Shown piece by piece: positions 14,259 through 29,743 of a stretch of 64,000 nt of DNA. Both the position numbers and the translations under genes were made by a program. The notes beneath the pieces were generated by a model. The model worked only from the letters and a program-made list of their open reading frames with translations. It searched no databases and was not told the origin of the DNA. Position 1 is the stretch's first letter. Every line of letters starts with the position of its first letter. The stretch is taken from NCBI GenBank assembly GCA_025786725.1, contig JAHLTZ010000025.1:364079-428078 (forward strand), read 5' to 3'. This stretch comes from Syncephalis fuscata S228 (taxonomy: Eukaryota; Fungi; Zoopagomycota).

Positions 14259-15301
14259 CCTGTATTTATTCTACTTACCACAGTCACAAAGAATAGTTCT
14301 AACGTAGTTGATTAGAATCGTGTCAAAGGCAAAGATGAGAATAACCTGAAAAACTGACAAATGACTTGAGGCATAAAATGACATACACAATGGTAAAAAC
14401 AACAGCAACAGCAACAACAACGTGGGTGTATAGATGTGGTAGATAAGAACTTAATGTTCAAAAATGTGATAAGAGAGAAAGAGTGGAATAAAATGGATGT
14501 CAAGGCAAACAACTACTTATGTCTATAGATTAAACATGCATGAAATAAAAGCAACAATAGAACTATAGTTGGTAACTGAGGGTGTATGAATCAATGGGTG
14601 TGCATATGCGTGTACGTGCGTACATACATAAATATGTATAGAGTGAGTGAGTGTATATTAATAGATCGAGATCAACAATTAATTAATAAGGATTTGTATT
14701 TAATATGATTATTAAAGGTATATAATGACTCAGTGTAGAGTAAATATCAAAGGAGAAAAGTATGTATCCTATAGATGTACAAATACATGTAAAAAGAAAA
14801 GAAAGAGTAATAATCTATAATCAGTATAGTATGTAGCCCATGCGGTGATATCCGCGTGGTGCAACTTGTTTCTCAAATGCCCATGATGCTTACTATGATT
14901 ATCACATGGAACATATAACTAACTAAAGGAGATATAGACATGCAAATCGACTAGTATCTACGCATTCACACAAACAATATTAAATAATAGCTACTTACTA
15001 TTTCATATAATCAGATTAAAAGGAATAACCAAGAAACAAAGAAATAGAAAAGAAATGGATCAGTTGCTACTTAATAGTTAAAAGGTGTATCGTTTATAAA
15101 TGGAAAGTGTTTGAAGGATCGGCATTGTTCATTATCGCATGAATTCATGCAACTATATCAATCAATTACGTATACTTGTACTACATTCAATTATTGATAC
15201 TCTGTGTTTTATAATAATTTATTAACATTATTTATCTATTTTATATTGATCTATTAATCTATTTTACTGTATTGCAGTTTATTAAAGTACGATAATAATG
15301 A

Positions 15302-17320
15302 TTACTTGGCTGCTCCACGAGGTCGTGGATTCCCACCTGTTACTGCTGCTGTTGCTTTATCTGTTGCTTTATCTGTTGCCTTATGATTGGAGCCTTGTTT
15401 GGACATGTTGTTTTTTGTTGCAGATGATGGTGGCGGTGGCGGCAATGCTTCATCTTCTGGCTCGGCTTCTGGTTCTGTAGAAGCACAAGAGAAGCAATCA
15501 TCATGATCACGCTCCAAATACTCAACACGTCGTTTAAGTGTATTACGTTCCATCTAAACAAGCATATATTTAATTAATACTGATATATTAATAGGCTATT
15601 AAATGTTTTACTTACTTGAAGTGCTCTACAAAGATCCTCCAATTTCTGTCGTTTCTTTTCACTAGTATTAAGTAGTTTTTGCGCTCGATTACACTATTAT
15701 GGTTATTAATCAGATACATTAGCTGTTTGTAATTAATACAGTTATATATTGATATATAATTACCTCTTCGGCCATTTCAAGAATATTACGATTCATTGTA
15801 TCAGTCTTGACCCGAAGTGTGCCATTCTCTTTCTCCAATCGCTTTGTTTTCTTTGTCATCTATTTAGATTGATAAATATTATGTTACTGTTCTATTCTAA
15901 TCTTTATTTACTAGTGGCTTACCTGTTCCATTTCACGTCGGAATGTGCTAAATAGTTCGTTGCTTTTATTAAGTGTTTCTTCTACTTGGCGGAATTTCTC
16001 TACATAAACACCAAGTTGTTTACGCAATTCTGTTTCTGTTTTAACAAACGTTTCAACTTGATTACGAAGTGATGATGCCTATAACAGTTGCTATTATTAG
16101 TTTATTATATCCAATACAAGTATTGTGTCCACATTACTTACACGAACACTCTCTTGTTCTGCAACCTGTCGTTGTTGCGCTATTTTTGCTTCATATAATT
16201 GCAATTCAAGATCTTTACTTCGTATAACGCAATTAAAGTGCTTTTCACGCAGTTCATATTGTTCCATAAAGCTACGGAGCTTTTCTCTCAAACTAATTGC
16301 ATTGTTATAAATTCATTACTAGCTTGCATTCAGTCTATTTCACCTACTCTTTTTCTTCATCGGTCTGGCCCTGATGATCATTGAGGTCTTTGTCCATTTT
16401 AGATTTAATATCCCAAATAGCATTTTCAAATTTTAAATTTAATTCTTCTCGTTTTTGCTGCTCCTTTAATACTAGTAAATTACTTTCTTCCTAATAGTAT
16501 ACATGTATATTGTCAGTTGATGTAAATACTTTATACTGAATATTTATTTAATTGCCTTTACCTTAATTCGTCGATTTTCTCTTTGTAACTCACGACATAA
16601 GTTTTCTAGCTTACTCTTGACAGACATGGCCCGTGTCATATCGTTGCGAGCTAAATAGTATCAATTTAGTATTTATATTTATATATATCTATCTAATCAA
16701 GATTCGCATTATTTACCAGCAATCTTTTCGTTAATAATAACATCTTCGCGCTTTTTTAACCTTGCATGTTCTTTTTCAAGTCGTTTCATATCTTGAAATA
16801 AATCCATATATCGTCGATGCAACACACTTAGTTTCTCTGACTGATCGCCCTGTGCCCGAATCAATTGTGTCATTTCACGATTGGCCTTTTTAATAGAATT
16901 TACTAACAATAACAACAGTAGCAACAATAAGTATTGATAATAATTAAATCATTTGTTAATTATAATGGTTTATACTTTTTAGCTGTATATCATCAACAGT
17001 CGACTTACTTATGTCACGCTCGTCTGCATCCACCAACAGTGTTGTGGTGGCCGTTTCCAACTCTTCAATGCGATTTTGGATCATTGTAGTTAACTCTTCG
17101 GAATCTATAGCTTCACCAGCTATGTCGTTTGGAATATTCGAGGAAGGCTGTGAACGTGATTGATTATGCTTAGTAATACATAAACTAAATCGAGATTGAT
17201 ACAACGTTGATTGGTCTATTACCACGCACGCTGCTCGCTAGCTCTACTTACCAACGGATCGCTCAGATGCCAATTAGATGCTTCAGGAGCATTTTCTTGT
17301 TGTTCTCGATTACCAAGCAT
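15302..17320 (-). CDS. Taxilin-family coiled-coil protein, multi-exon
   Basis: Spliced exons give SKLENLCRELQRENRRIK, LREKLRSFMEQYELREKHF, LRKQLGVYVEKFRQVEETLNKSNELFSTFRREMEQM and KLEDLCRALQ, which are taxilin hallmarks. Start codon tentative. Confidence 0.85.
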
Positions 17321-18184
17321 GGCATACGGGAGCGGTTCGGCTCGGTTCAGCTCAGTCTTAAGACGAGTAACAGTAGGATCGATAGAGGAGGCGTTATAGT
17401 ATGATGTCAAAGAGAAGCCGATATGATCGGCGGCGGTAATTCACCAATAAAATACTCTATGCGTGGTCTTGTGTGCTACAAGACTGCATATAACTATCAA
17501 AGCATAAAGAAGCGTTTTTGAAAAAAAGGCAGAAAAGGGGAAAAGTGTGTATTAATGAACAAATATTGTTGACATTACACCCTTTAATTCAACACAGTAA
17601 ATGGTTTTATAAATCAATTGTAATAATTTAGTTAATTGTTCTATTTGATTGTACCAGTGTTGTTGCACTAATATATACATGCTATGTACCATTTCATTTT
17701 AACTTTTAATTTTAATACTCTTTAATTGAGTTAAGTAAAATACAGCATCATATAAAATAGTGTGTGCCATTTAACAATATTAAACAATTTAATTGAATTT
17801 ATTAGTCATTTAGTATAATTTGATTCATTTATTTTTATTTTTTTATTGAACATGATGATGGATAGTGAATAACATTAAGTATCAAATTATAATGCTTTGA
17901 ATACTTTATAATATTAATTCATTGGCGACTTAATAATAATTAGCTATTATATTTATAGATTGGCCATTATTTCTTTATTATTGCATTGTATTAGGTCGTT
18001 TGATTAGCTATAGCTACCATTGTCACTTATATACATACTATCTATCGTTCTATCGCTCCATGACATGTGTTATATCAATAGTTCAACTACTGTATTATGC
18101 TATCATGGTAATAATAGAATAGGATATGATGTATTACAGTGTAGAATTAGTATATATATTCGCAAACAATAGTATTCAGTATAT

Positions 18185-18980
18185 CTAATGGCGACCAGTT
18201 GCAAACTTTGGTAGAGGAGGTACAGGTGGCACTTCATTATCGTCATCATCGCCTTCGCCTTCTTCCTCCATTAGTTCGCGTGCACGACGCATAGCATCAC
18301 GCATATTATAGTGTTCAGAGCGTTTCTGTTCAAATTCGTGGTGGTGTTCTTGTTCTAATACATCATTAATACAGTATGTCAACATATTATTGCGTAATTC
18401 AGTTCATTAATAACGACTTGCCTTCCTCTGTCATCGGCTTATTTAATTCCTCGTCTGAATGCCAATCATCTTCAGATTCTTCCATTGCCACTACCATTTC
18501 TTCCTTTGCTGGTTCGGTAAGTTCAAGTGGTGGCATATCTAACATTAATGTTATTCAATGTGCTCCATTTATTGCCAAGTCTAGAAAAGAGGTAAATCCC
18601 CACACTTACCATCCATAGCAGCGTCAGTATCTTCTTGCAATTCCTTATCCTTGGTAGGATCATAATAAACATATGGCGTTTTCGGCTCATCTATTTTCAT
18701 TTTAGCAGTTCCGCGCATTGCTTCTGTTACCAAAAGACTCTCCTCGTCCCATTTCAGACTAATAAACAGCACGATGTTCTACTTAGTGACAGCCGTTGGT
18801 CTTCAATAAACAACAAATAGCTTACCGTGATTGATGACCAGATCCTTCATCGTCCTTATCGAAATAAACACTAGGCTTTTTCAGAATACCGCGATTTGGT
18901 GGTGGGCGCAAAGAAGATGGCTCAATCTTGGCCTCAGTATGTTCTTGCTGTTCAGCAGGAGTACTTGATGATGAAGACAT
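18185..18980 (-). CDS. GLC8: Protein phosphatase 1 inhibitor-2 (IPP-2/Glc8 family)
   Basis: GILK motif, LKWDE, MKIDEPKTPY and FEQKRSEHYN, separated by short introns. An alternative upstream ATG lies at 19016. Confidence 0.9.
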
Positions 18981-19429
18981 GGTAGCGAGGTTAAAGGAAT
19001 AAGAAATTGACGTCATGAATTTAATTCATTGCTATAAATGTATCTAATTCACAATGATTCTTACAAAACAGGCATTTAATTCTCGTGCACATTTTGTGTT
19101 TATTTTGCTAATAACACGAGTAAATAATAGAGTATTTAACCATTTGAAACAATAACCAGTGAGCATTTATTTCCAATTACTGATAAAATAACTTGATTGC
19201 CTTGGAGAAAACCTCGCCTGTAATACAATAAACATATGGATATAGCCATGTGCTAAGGATTTTGTATTATAAACAAAAGGACTTTTGTACATGTTATCTT
19301 TACCAACTTGTCCTCTCTCTCTCGCTTCGATTTACGCATTAATTTTTACTTTTTGTTCTACAGTACTACCATGTACCACGCTGTCACCTAAGCATTAGAC
19401 TTTATTGTTTTGCATGGACACTCATTGAG

Positions 19430-20259
19430 ATGATAATCCACGATTCAATCCATTTAACGTCGCTGGCCGAGCAACGAGAGGTTCTTTACGAACATCACAT
19501 CAATCTTTTGAGTGCCACTGTAGTAGCATGGATGTTTTTATGTAATACTATTGTGGCAGCCCGTCGCTGGGCAGAGAAGAGCGACAACTACATTTATGTT
19601 TTTTATTTTTTCCAATCCTTTTTTGGACTTGGTTTACCAGCTACGGCATATTATATGTCGGTGACCAGCTGTCATTCAATCATATACATTGGCACTGTAA
19701 TGTTTTATTTGTCTGAGCTTTGTGCCATGTTCATTATTCTATATAAAGCATACTTGATATCTGGTCGAAAAGGCTGGCTATTAGTAGCAACCAGTGTTAT
19801 AGAAGTCGCCAACATTCTAACTATCATTTGGTCGATCAGCATCAACAGCACAGCACGTATCAATGGCCTGTGTCAATTCCAAGTGCATATTATAACGCCC
19901 TTTGCAATCCGTGGCTTTTTAGGCATTATCAAGAACACTATACTGTGTACGTGTTTATTTGTTCCAGTCCGTAGGCAGAAAAATTCATTTAAAAACTCAC
20001 CACTTTCTCGAGTGGTTATACGCGACGGCATCATTTACTTGGTGGTCATTGCTCTTGTAAGCATTGTTTGCTCTATTCTTTTGGTAACACTATACACAAC
20101 CGATCCTAATTTTCCCAGCATGCTTTTTATACTAGAAGGTAGGTCAATCAATATCCAATTTATTTATTAACTAACACTAATTGTATTGTAGCGCTAACAC
20201 ATTCAATCTTACTTCGTATACAGTTTATTCCTCGCCATATTAGTTCGCTTGACATTTGA
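19430..20259 (+). CDS. Orphan multi-pass (7TM/GPCR-like) membrane protein, 2 exons
   Basis: 246-aa hydrophobic ORF. LYKAYL and RDGI motifs parallel LQKVYL and RDGI of the 1134..2127 gene, and a terminal intron sits in a similar position. Last exon ALTHSILLRIQFIPRHISSLDI ends at TGA 20259. Confidence 0.75.
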
Positions 20260-20435
20260 TATCTTTCGTTTTAGTTAAATATTAATGAAAATCATTTTAT
20301 TATTTTAATGTGTTAAACTGTATGTAACAAACCGTCCATACAATGAACATCAGTTTATACCAAAGCCAACGAATGACTAAAAACATGCTAAATTGTACAA
20401 CAGACTATTCTTTAACTATCACTAACGTAGTAGCT

Positions 20436-21165
20436 CTATCTTATTGTCCGTAATGGACCAGATGACATCCATGCCAATACTTTTTCTAGCTTATCAGCTG
20501 TCGCAGTTGTGGTGCCATCGCCTATGCCTGCGGTCGACGTTGATTCACTCTCAATTGGGTCTAGGCGAAGGCGAAGATCGACGTTAGTGCGTGCTTGTTC
20601 TACATGTTCCGCCGCATTGCGACGCAATTGTTCCAAGCTGTGCATTCGTGCCTATAGTCAAAATAGTTATTTAACGGACCATTAATGTGTAGCCGTTAAT
20701 TACCGCTACGTCAGCGCCCTCCGCGCTCATTTCCAATCGAGCCGCTGCTTCTTCACGTTCCATAGCTGGAAGTAGCTTGGTCCGTAGCAGTACAGGGAGT
20801 GAACCGGCCTCCGCTTCATTAACAGGCGGCTCGCACGGATGCAGAGCCAATCCGCTTAAAAGCGCGTGGTATCTCAAAGTTTCTGTGCGCAAATGCGAAT
20901 GCTTCGCCACTAGAACGCTGAACTTTCCCAAAAGATCTGGCCTACTCTATTTAGATTTATGCAGTGGCAGTCTAGTACTCTCTTACCATGAAATAGGCGC
21001 GGGATTGTCTGGATGAACTGCTTGCATGAAAAAATAGTAGGATTCGCGCAGCTGCAACAAACGGTCCCTAACCGCTTGAAGTGCCTCAATAGTGTTCCGA
21101 TCTAGCTCAGGATGCGGAATCACTGGCGGTTGCATAGGCTGGGCCGACTGAGATGGCGTATTCAT
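20436..21165 (-). CDS. MED8: Mediator of RNA polymerase II transcription subunit 8, 3 exons
   Basis: ALQAVRDRLLQLRES...SW | PDLLGKFSVL...LALHP...LPVLLRTKLLPAME matches the Med8 signature (WPxxLxxF, LLRTKxxP). Confidence 0.82.
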
Positions 21166-21326
21166 CTTTGCTAAGTGAATGTTCAATCTTTAAAAAGAAG
21201 AGCGGAAGAGTTATGAATCTTAAAAAAGGTACTAATGTTTTGTTCAACTGAATTTAATGAATTATTATTAGCTTTTGGGATCGATTAACTTTTTGATATA
21301 TTTATTACTTTGCCTTTGATTGTTTT

Positions 21327-22470
21327 ACAATAATGAGTGTTTTGGGGTCAAATGACTTTTAGCATAATTAAGCTTTTTGATATACTGATCAATACTGAAC
21401 ACACGTTCTACAATAATGAGTGTTCTGGGGGTCAATTGACTTGTAAATCCACTCATACTAACAACACAGCATACAATCTACGTCACTACATTTCCTTTCT
21501 CTTTATTTACACTTGATAGCATGTATCCATACCATATACTTGTACATTCCATATATGTTACATAGATAGTGTCAGTAGTTGACTGGCTACTAGTTAGGCA
21601 CAAACACCTTGTTTACTATGTCCTTGCCTTGCTCTTTTGTAATCTGACCTTTTTGCAAAGCACCTCCTTCACTTCAGTGATTGCTTTTAGCAGCTTTATT
21701 GACACGGTGGGTGCCTTTCTGGCTTGTTTTGCGTTGTGTTGCGTATATGCTGCAAAAATAGCGTTGTGTGTTCTGTTTTGTTATAAATCGCCACTACAGG
21801 TCATCTGGCAACAGCTTTACTATTTCCACAAGGGCAGTGTGATCTACTACTATCGAGACGGTACAGGCTGCTGTCAGTACGATCTGCAGCGGCAATCTAT
21901 AGCAAAACAGAGTATACAGTATTATGACAGCATATAGTCTTTGCAGTTATCATGTGCAGCTTCTGTACGCATACGCCAGCAATAGTGATAGATCGGACAG
22001 CTGGTGTAGTCACTGAACAAGTTCTCAGCGTCAGTACAACAGTGCAATTTGCCACGGTTACTACATATGTATATGTACGGCTGCCAACACAATGACTGCG
22101 TCGCGATCTATGACGAGCCAAAGCTGCTGTATGCAGCACTAAAGCTATGACAGCCTAGAAAGTTATGACTGCTACAGACTATATGCTAGTATGTGTGCTA
22201 ATATATATATATATATATTGAAAACCATAATAAACACTAGATAATGTTAGAGCGATAACTGGCATAATTTATTATTGCCGTAGTATAATTAACTAATTAA
22301 TAAACGATATTTATAACAGTGTTATCCATATTCTTATTGCTGGTATACAATATTCAAATTATTATATTTTAATGGCTGATATCATTCACCACCCAGTTCC
22401 ATGTTCAATAGAAGGAATGCCTGGTTCAATTGCACGAATATGATTAAATGTTATCATTTGATTACCAAAT
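21327..22470. repeat. Member of the dispersed modular repeat family (non-coding)
   Basis: Two direct copies of ACAATAATGAGTGTT.TGGGGTCAA.TGACT (21327, 21410). The interior ~21450-22140 is homologous to the reverse complement of ~48600-49270. Ends in the CATGTTCAATAGA...CATTTGATTACCAAAT motif. Confidence 0.7.
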
Positions 22471-22789
22471 CATATTAAATTGGTAATAAACTGTTTACAG
22501 AATAAATGGTATTGTTACTATATTAATATTATGGGCATATTGTCATGATAACATGATTAGGAAATACATTATATGATTAGACAACATATCACATATGAAT
22601 GGTAGCGAGATTAATACATATATCGGATATCAACATCAGTTGCTAACAACAAACAACTATTACAACTATATGATTGGCAAATAGCTGTTAGTTTTGAATA
22701 TATAAACAGTTGAGTCAACTAATATGTTGTGTTAATGGCATATGGTTAAAGCATTTAGATTCCACCATTAACTATGTTTACTATATAGT

Positions 22790-23065
22790 AATAACGCTAT
22801 TCAATATCAATAAAGAGATAGCTAGTTTTGCACCATGTCAATTATACTTAGCGTCATACAAGTTATAGAGCATATCATAGCTAAGCTGTGATAACTAATG
22901 AATAGTAGTGAATAAATATATTATCAAAGCAACATTAACTAGCCAACACATGAGACTCTTAGTGTTAACTTAGGCATTAGCAAACATTAGATGCTATAAT
23001 GTTGGTCTAAGCTATTCCTTGGCCATCTAAGCCACAATACTTAAAATCAGAGCTGTAGCAGCATT
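22790..23065. repeat. Diverged dispersed repeat module (other copies ~43850-44150 and ~32690-32895)
   Basis: Collinear shared words TTCAATATCAATAAAG, GTCATACAAG and CTTGG.CA..TAAGC. Confidence 0.55.
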
Positions 23066-23641
23066 AAAAATACACCATTTTATTTGTATATCTTAAATGC
23101 CAACAAAACGCTAGTTTACAAATGTAAACGCAAAATCATTATTTCAATGCTATAACAGTATACAGCAGTATAAAAGTGTAATTATAGTGTAATTAAATAA
23201 CAAAAGCAATAACAAAGCTAATAATAATAATTTGATTAATAAAACTATGCTAAAATTATTTGTGAATTTACGTAAAACAAAGCAAATAGTATGATAATTT
23301 GCACAAGTATACGTATAACATATAGGTAGTTATTGGCAAAGTATACCATAATTGTGCTACGTAATAATGTATTAGTTGCGATATTACGTTAATAAATAAA
23401 CAAAAATAGCAGTTTTTTACGAATTATGACTTGTATAACTAAAATACAGCAAAGTGATTGTTGGATTTGAGTTCTCCATACCTATACAGATTGGTATAAG
23501 AATTTGAACAATGATTTTTGCAAAAATGTTAGTCAAAATATATTAATAAAGTGATTTATATTTTGCTACCATATACACACATTTATTGACTACACATCGA
23601 CTACACACCACTTGTTGTTTACACATATACCAACAGTCATC

Positions 23642-26600
23642 ATGACTGACCTTATCAATGCCTTGACACACGAACTGACGGCATTGGCGGCAGAAGCACG
23701 TCGAAAGTATCCCGAAGTCAAAGAGGTGTGTATTATAGACAGCTACAGTGAATGAAGGCCATATTGATGTTTATCATTTCTATAGGCTGCCGATCGCGTT
23801 CTTATCCAACTAAAAGCCTATCGTGCACTTACTACGCCTGAAGTACTTGCGGGTAAGTACCTAAACAGCTTTATTGTTCGTAGTATATCAAATATAACAT
23901 TAATGAATGGCTTTATTGCTCCGATATAGCTATTGTAAAGAATCACGCCATACTTAGTCCTATTCTACTCGCTTGTCATGCGCGACAGCCTCGTCTAGCC
24001 ACTATTGCTGTCAACTGTTTACAACATTTAATTGTTCATTCTGCTGCATCTCCGGTGAGATATCGTCCATAGACGATGTAAGCGATGCTGTATTGACATG
24101 GTATACTTACCAAACTGATGTAATTGACACCACCTAGGATGCGATTGGTACTATTGTAACAACACTAGGCGATGTTGTATCGCTTGGTGGCGATGTTCAA
24201 CTACGTACACTTCAAATTGTACTTCCTTTACTGTCCAACTATCCTAATGTTCATGACAATGAACTAGTGGAGGTAACTAAACAAGTACGCCATAATATAT
24301 AGCACCTTATGTTAGCATTGTTATGATAGACACTGGTATTATGTTATCGTTTACAAGAATCGACAGCACCTATGGTCAATAGTATTGCAGGTGCCACTTT
24401 TCGTCAGTTGATTAATATTGTATTTGACAAAGTAGCAAAAGAAGATACAGTCATAAAGAATACAGAAGGTATGGATAGATTCAATATGAATTACAGTCAA
24501 TATAAATACCATTTATTAGATCCACATCCGTGTGCTGATGATGCAATTCGTTTATTAAAGGTATATTTAGTTGTATTGATGATAATCACTTCTATAACTA
24601 TGATAGGATTTATGTATGCTGACCAACGGTGAATCGGGTACATTTTTGCGATTGGATGGCATTTCCTGTACAGTGGGACTTGAATTAATTGAATCAGTAT
24701 TATCGAGTTACGAATCATTATTTCGAGTAGTAAGTAATTAATACCATGACAGCTATTACAGTTATTAAATATGTATTGTATAATATTTTAATAGCACGTA
24801 ACATTCTTAGATTTGGTCAGAGAACAGTTATGCCCGTTGGTTATTCGCTACTTTTCAGATAGACAAGACTTTCCAAAAACAATGCGATTAGTTCGTGTTA
24901 TTAATGTATTAATTCGACAATATCACGATGTTATGGTAAATAGTTTATTTATTGATGTTATTAGGAACTAACAAACACTATACAGGCTACAGAGTGTGAA
25001 ATTTATCTATCTATGTTATTGAAAATGCTTGAACCAGAGCAGAATCTAGCCTGGCAGCGTGTATTGGCTCTGGAACTGTTCCGTGGTGTCTGTATCGATT
25101 TCACCTTACTCTATTCTATATTTTCGCGTTATAGCAATAACAAAGGCCCAGCTGCTGGTATTTATCATAGTTTATTAAGTGCCTTGGATCATGCAGCTGC
25201 CGAAACACCATTAGCATTCCGTGAAATGATTGGCGAGATTGATATGGATACCATGTTGGCGGGCAACCTATCTATGGAAGAACAAGGGGCTATTCTAGAT
25301 ACAAAGTGTCGACTTAAAATTGCCTGGTAAATAAGCTGACTTTTGATTATCTAACACTGTTATATTAATAATCAATTAGTATTGATCAATTAGATAAATC
25401 AGAACCGCCTGTCATGTCTCAAAAATATCAATATTATTTAGCGTTTATGTGTATGATTAACCTTACCAATGCATTTGCCGATTTTGTACATCGCCGCTTT
25501 GACAAGCATAGTCTTAGTGTTGGTCGACGACCTTCATTGGCAGTACCTGCTTCACCGGCTCCCCTACCATCCGCTTCCTTTATGGTGGGCCGTTCAATGC
25601 ATAGCTGTTATAAACAGGCCAAAGTGCAAGACATCATGTCAGAGCCGCTAGACAGCGATATAGAAGCGGCTGTAGCTATGGCCGATGTCGCCTGGCCTGG
25701 ACTACTGGCTGGATTATCGTCCTATTTGACTACGCCGCTGGACGATGAACTATACCATCTACTTATGAAAGCATTTAGACAATTTACTATGGCCACTGGT
25801 GTATTGGGGCTACAAACACCAAGAAATGCATTTCTAACTTCACTATGCAAGAATGCTATTCCACAGCAATCAAGTGCCGAAGAATCGGTCCGCATGTTAT
25901 TTTCAGAACGACATACTATTTGTATGCAAGCACTGCTCGATGTATGCTGTCGTTTAATGGAGTTACTTGATGTGGAGACGTGGTACGCCATACTAGTTAC
26001 CCTTGAATATGCCAATCATTTGCTGCATGGTAGAGCCGGTGGGCGTAAACTGCCTAAACATGTTCTTTCCGGCTCTTCAATACGCCCATTGAGAAAGCTA
26101 TCGTCATCGTCACGTACCGATGGAGAAGTTAGTGTATTGCTGACTGACATGCATCAAATGTTTGAATATGCCAATGAATTGGATGCTGGGCCATTTGAAC
26201 GTCTTGTACGTGGTCTATGTCAATTATCTGCTGAATCAGGAGGTGCACCTTTACCGGAAACTACGTCATCAAATGAATCACTGCCACCACGTATATTAGC
26301 CACAGCTGCCCGCATCTACACTGTAACCAAGGTAAAAGCATTAATACTATTATATGTATATGTATTTATATTTAGTCATCTATATATACATACTGTTAGA
26401 ATAATGAACCTTCGTTTGCTATAGATAGATTGAAATTGGTTTTACTACGCGGTATGCGACATTTGTTATCAACCACATCTGATAACATTCTATGGAATCT
26501 AACCATTGGACATCTAATCGATACGTGTATTGCCGCCACGACTCCATGGCGAGTTAGAGAACAAGCTGGTGAGACCATTGGCGAGCTAATCAGTTCAGCC

Positions 26601-29600
26601 ATGACAACAGCTGAAACACTCGGTGTACAAGACAACAAGAATATACAATTACGTCTATTAGAATCACTACGCCGTCTTGTACTTGAACAGACAACCAGTA
26701 CAGACGAAATGACCATATCATCTCTGGTGGATGTTAGACGTGTAGGCCTTGAGACACTCGATAAACTACTACAGACATCTGGTCAATCATTTACCCATGG
26801 ATGGAGTATGATATTTGAAATGCTTACTGGTGTATGTTCATTTAACTACGCCATGGATGTCAATTCAGTGTCACCGCCACAGTCAATCAGTCAAACGGTA
26901 ACTGTATCCAGTGCATCGCCATCCATGCAACCAGTTGGTTTATCGCGTACCACATCACTTAACACAGTAGTGCCATCAGCTATACGTCTAAGTAGACAAG
27001 CATCACCACAACCTAGTCCGACACGGTCCATGTCCGCATCCAACACTACACTCCTCTCCAGTCTAGTACGTGTTGGCTTCTCTAGCCTACGTCTTATTTG
27101 TTCCGATTTCCTAAGTGGTCTATCGCCAACTTGTCTCTATCAATGTGTGGCGGCATTGGGCGCGTATGGGTGGCAAACAGAAGATTTAAACATTAGTTTA
27201 ACCGCCATTGGACAATTATGGAATTTGTCGGACTTTATACAAACCCGTCGGCAAAAATCAACCGAGATAAATACAACACCAGCTACAAATGATACAGCTG
27301 ATGCAGCACTAACAAATTCAGACGCACTAACTGAAGCGCGATCCGCATTGGTTAGAGAAGCAACAGTAGAACCGAGTACACCGTCATCACTGCTAGCTAT
27401 TTGGCTACTCGTATTACTAGAACTTGAAAACTTAGTGGCTGATACTCGCCCAGAAGTAAGAAATAGCGCTATCCAAACGCTATTCCGTACAGTCAGTCTT
27501 AATGGATCAGTGCTTGATTCAGTTGCCTGGTCACGCTGTATCTATTTAGTATTATTCCCTACAGCCGATCATGTTATTAATGCCTGTGATGAAGCACTCG
27601 CCCAAGTGTCGAATGCCATTAACACTGAACCGATTAAAGGAAATGCATCAGCCCGTGACATCGATGCATGGTCACTGCACTCACGCGTTACACCTGAACA
27701 GCAATGGGATGAAACAAAGACACTGCTTATTCAGGGTGTTACTCAAGTATTTACAGGCTATTTATTTGTTAATGTTAAAATGCCTGAACCGGCTACTGCT
27801 TGGCGGCGATGGTTATCGACACTTGGCTTGTTATCACTCCGATCTACACGCACGGTGACGGCATCGGCTATTGATGCACTACGGCAAATTACTGGCCAAT
27901 CCAGTAGTGACAGCGATAGTGCAGTAGTAGCGGTGCCATGGACAGATGTGTGGGCGTTATGGGCCCGTATAGGCCATGGCATGACATCTAAAGAACATCC
28001 TATGACTTGTTTAGATTATAAAATAATAGCGGCATTTATTCGCGCTTATAGTGAATTACATCGATGGATTGAACGCGATATAGACGCCGACCGTTTAGTC
28101 ATCCTACTTAATATCCTACACGAGTTGGTACTATTACCACAAGCGGTTGATTTATCACTTGATATCAATCGGCTTAATGATGTACAGGAAGCAATGATAA
28201 GCGTTATTAGATCAATTAATACAACAGCAACGGACATGGCTGCTGTACTATTACAAGCACTGGCCCGTCTATTTTCACTTGCCCCACAAGCGAAGACAAT
28301 AACCAGTGGAAATGAACAGATACGAGGCAAGCCATCCACATTTATTGCACTAGGACGGTGTTGTATGGAGTTGGCCCGCACTTTATTTGGACAACATGCC
28401 ATGGCATCAACTATTTACAGTCGTGGCATATTTGCCGATCTTATTGAAGTAAGTTTTAATTTAATCAAAACAGTCACTTGGATTAATTGTAGCGAATAGA
28501 CGCTAGCTAAAGTGATTGCTGCAAAACATAAAGATAATACTAGTCAAACCAAGACTGAAAACCAAAATGCACCACTATGGCAATTTGCCACACAAACAGC
28601 CGTTATCATTACTGAATACGGTGTGGCTAAATTAGCTGAAAATACCAAAGGTGATTTAATACTAATAAATTATCAAGAATGACTAATTTAATTAATTAAT
28701 GGTTAGATATGGATAGTGACATGGTTGAAAGAAGCTGGCAGGCTATATTCCATTTATTAGAAACAATTATTGACTGGCAAGGGTAAGTGCAGTATATAGT
28801 ATAAATAGATCATGAATAACACATCTGTATAATTACCGTGTAGATTGCCGCATAATACGCCATATAAATTGTTACAAGACGACGAAACATTTGATATTGA
28901 ACAATTTAATATTATTTTAGATCTTGTACTTTTGCATGCAGAACCAGCATTAGATTCGATTAATATTGTGGAGCGTATTCTAGACCTTGTTCTACATGGT
29001 GCCCATTACTATGCAGCTATACCACGACCACATGTCATTGCTAAAACAACACGGTCATTTTCGGGTGATAACTACAAGATATCTGGCACCACAGCCAAAG
29101 TTCATCCAGTAGCCCGTGAACGTGCTGCTACCGCCTGTTTTACTAGACTATTTAGTTTTTGTTCAGCAGATAAACAATGTAAGTAAATTAATATACTATA
29201 GTTGTATGATTATTAATTCATTTAATTAGATGGACAATCAAATACGCAAGGTGTACTAGCCCGTGCCACCGCACCACAATTACTACAACGTTGTCAAGCC
29301 ATTATGGAAATGTATTTGGCTGATGAACAACTACGTGGCAGTTATCCATTTTCTAGGTAAGTTTTCTGTGGTTGTTGTTGTTGTTGTATCATAGCAAATC
29401 TATTAACACTATATTATACTAGAATTCGTACAAATGAACTCCTATTTATACTTGATCAATCACTATTGCTTCAATTACATGAGGAGGCCGTATTAATTGG
29501 TAAGTAATTACTTGTATCGTATTGTATAGTTACTAATCAAATTACTTAATTGATTCACAAGATCAATGTAAAGTAGCGAATCAATCGGCTCTTCAATCAC

Positions 29601-29743
29601 CACCGGGAAAAGCCGGACATCTTTTAGTATTGTATCCACTTTTGTGTCGTTTATCTGCGACACATGATGTTAAAGTGGCTCAACTGGCCCAGAAAGCTTT
29701 ATTGCGTATAGGACAGGAGACTCGCTATTTATCTATTTTCTAA
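23642..29743 (+). CDS. MON2: Mon2/Ysl2 (Sec7-related ARF-GEF-like endosome/Golgi scaffold), many exons
   Basis: N-terminal DCB region ELTALAAEARRKYPEVKEAA, then WQRVLALELFRG, AWPGLLAGLS, GLQTPRNAFLTSLCK, LRLICSDFL, QTEDLNISLTAIGQLW, DTRPEVRNSAIQTLFR, QWDET and C-terminal HLLVLYPLLC; stop 29741-29743. Confidence 0.92.

Noticed and set aside
21569-22139. ORFs of 122 and 80 aa
   Set aside because: They lie in a dispersed repeat module whose other copy does not preserve these frames.
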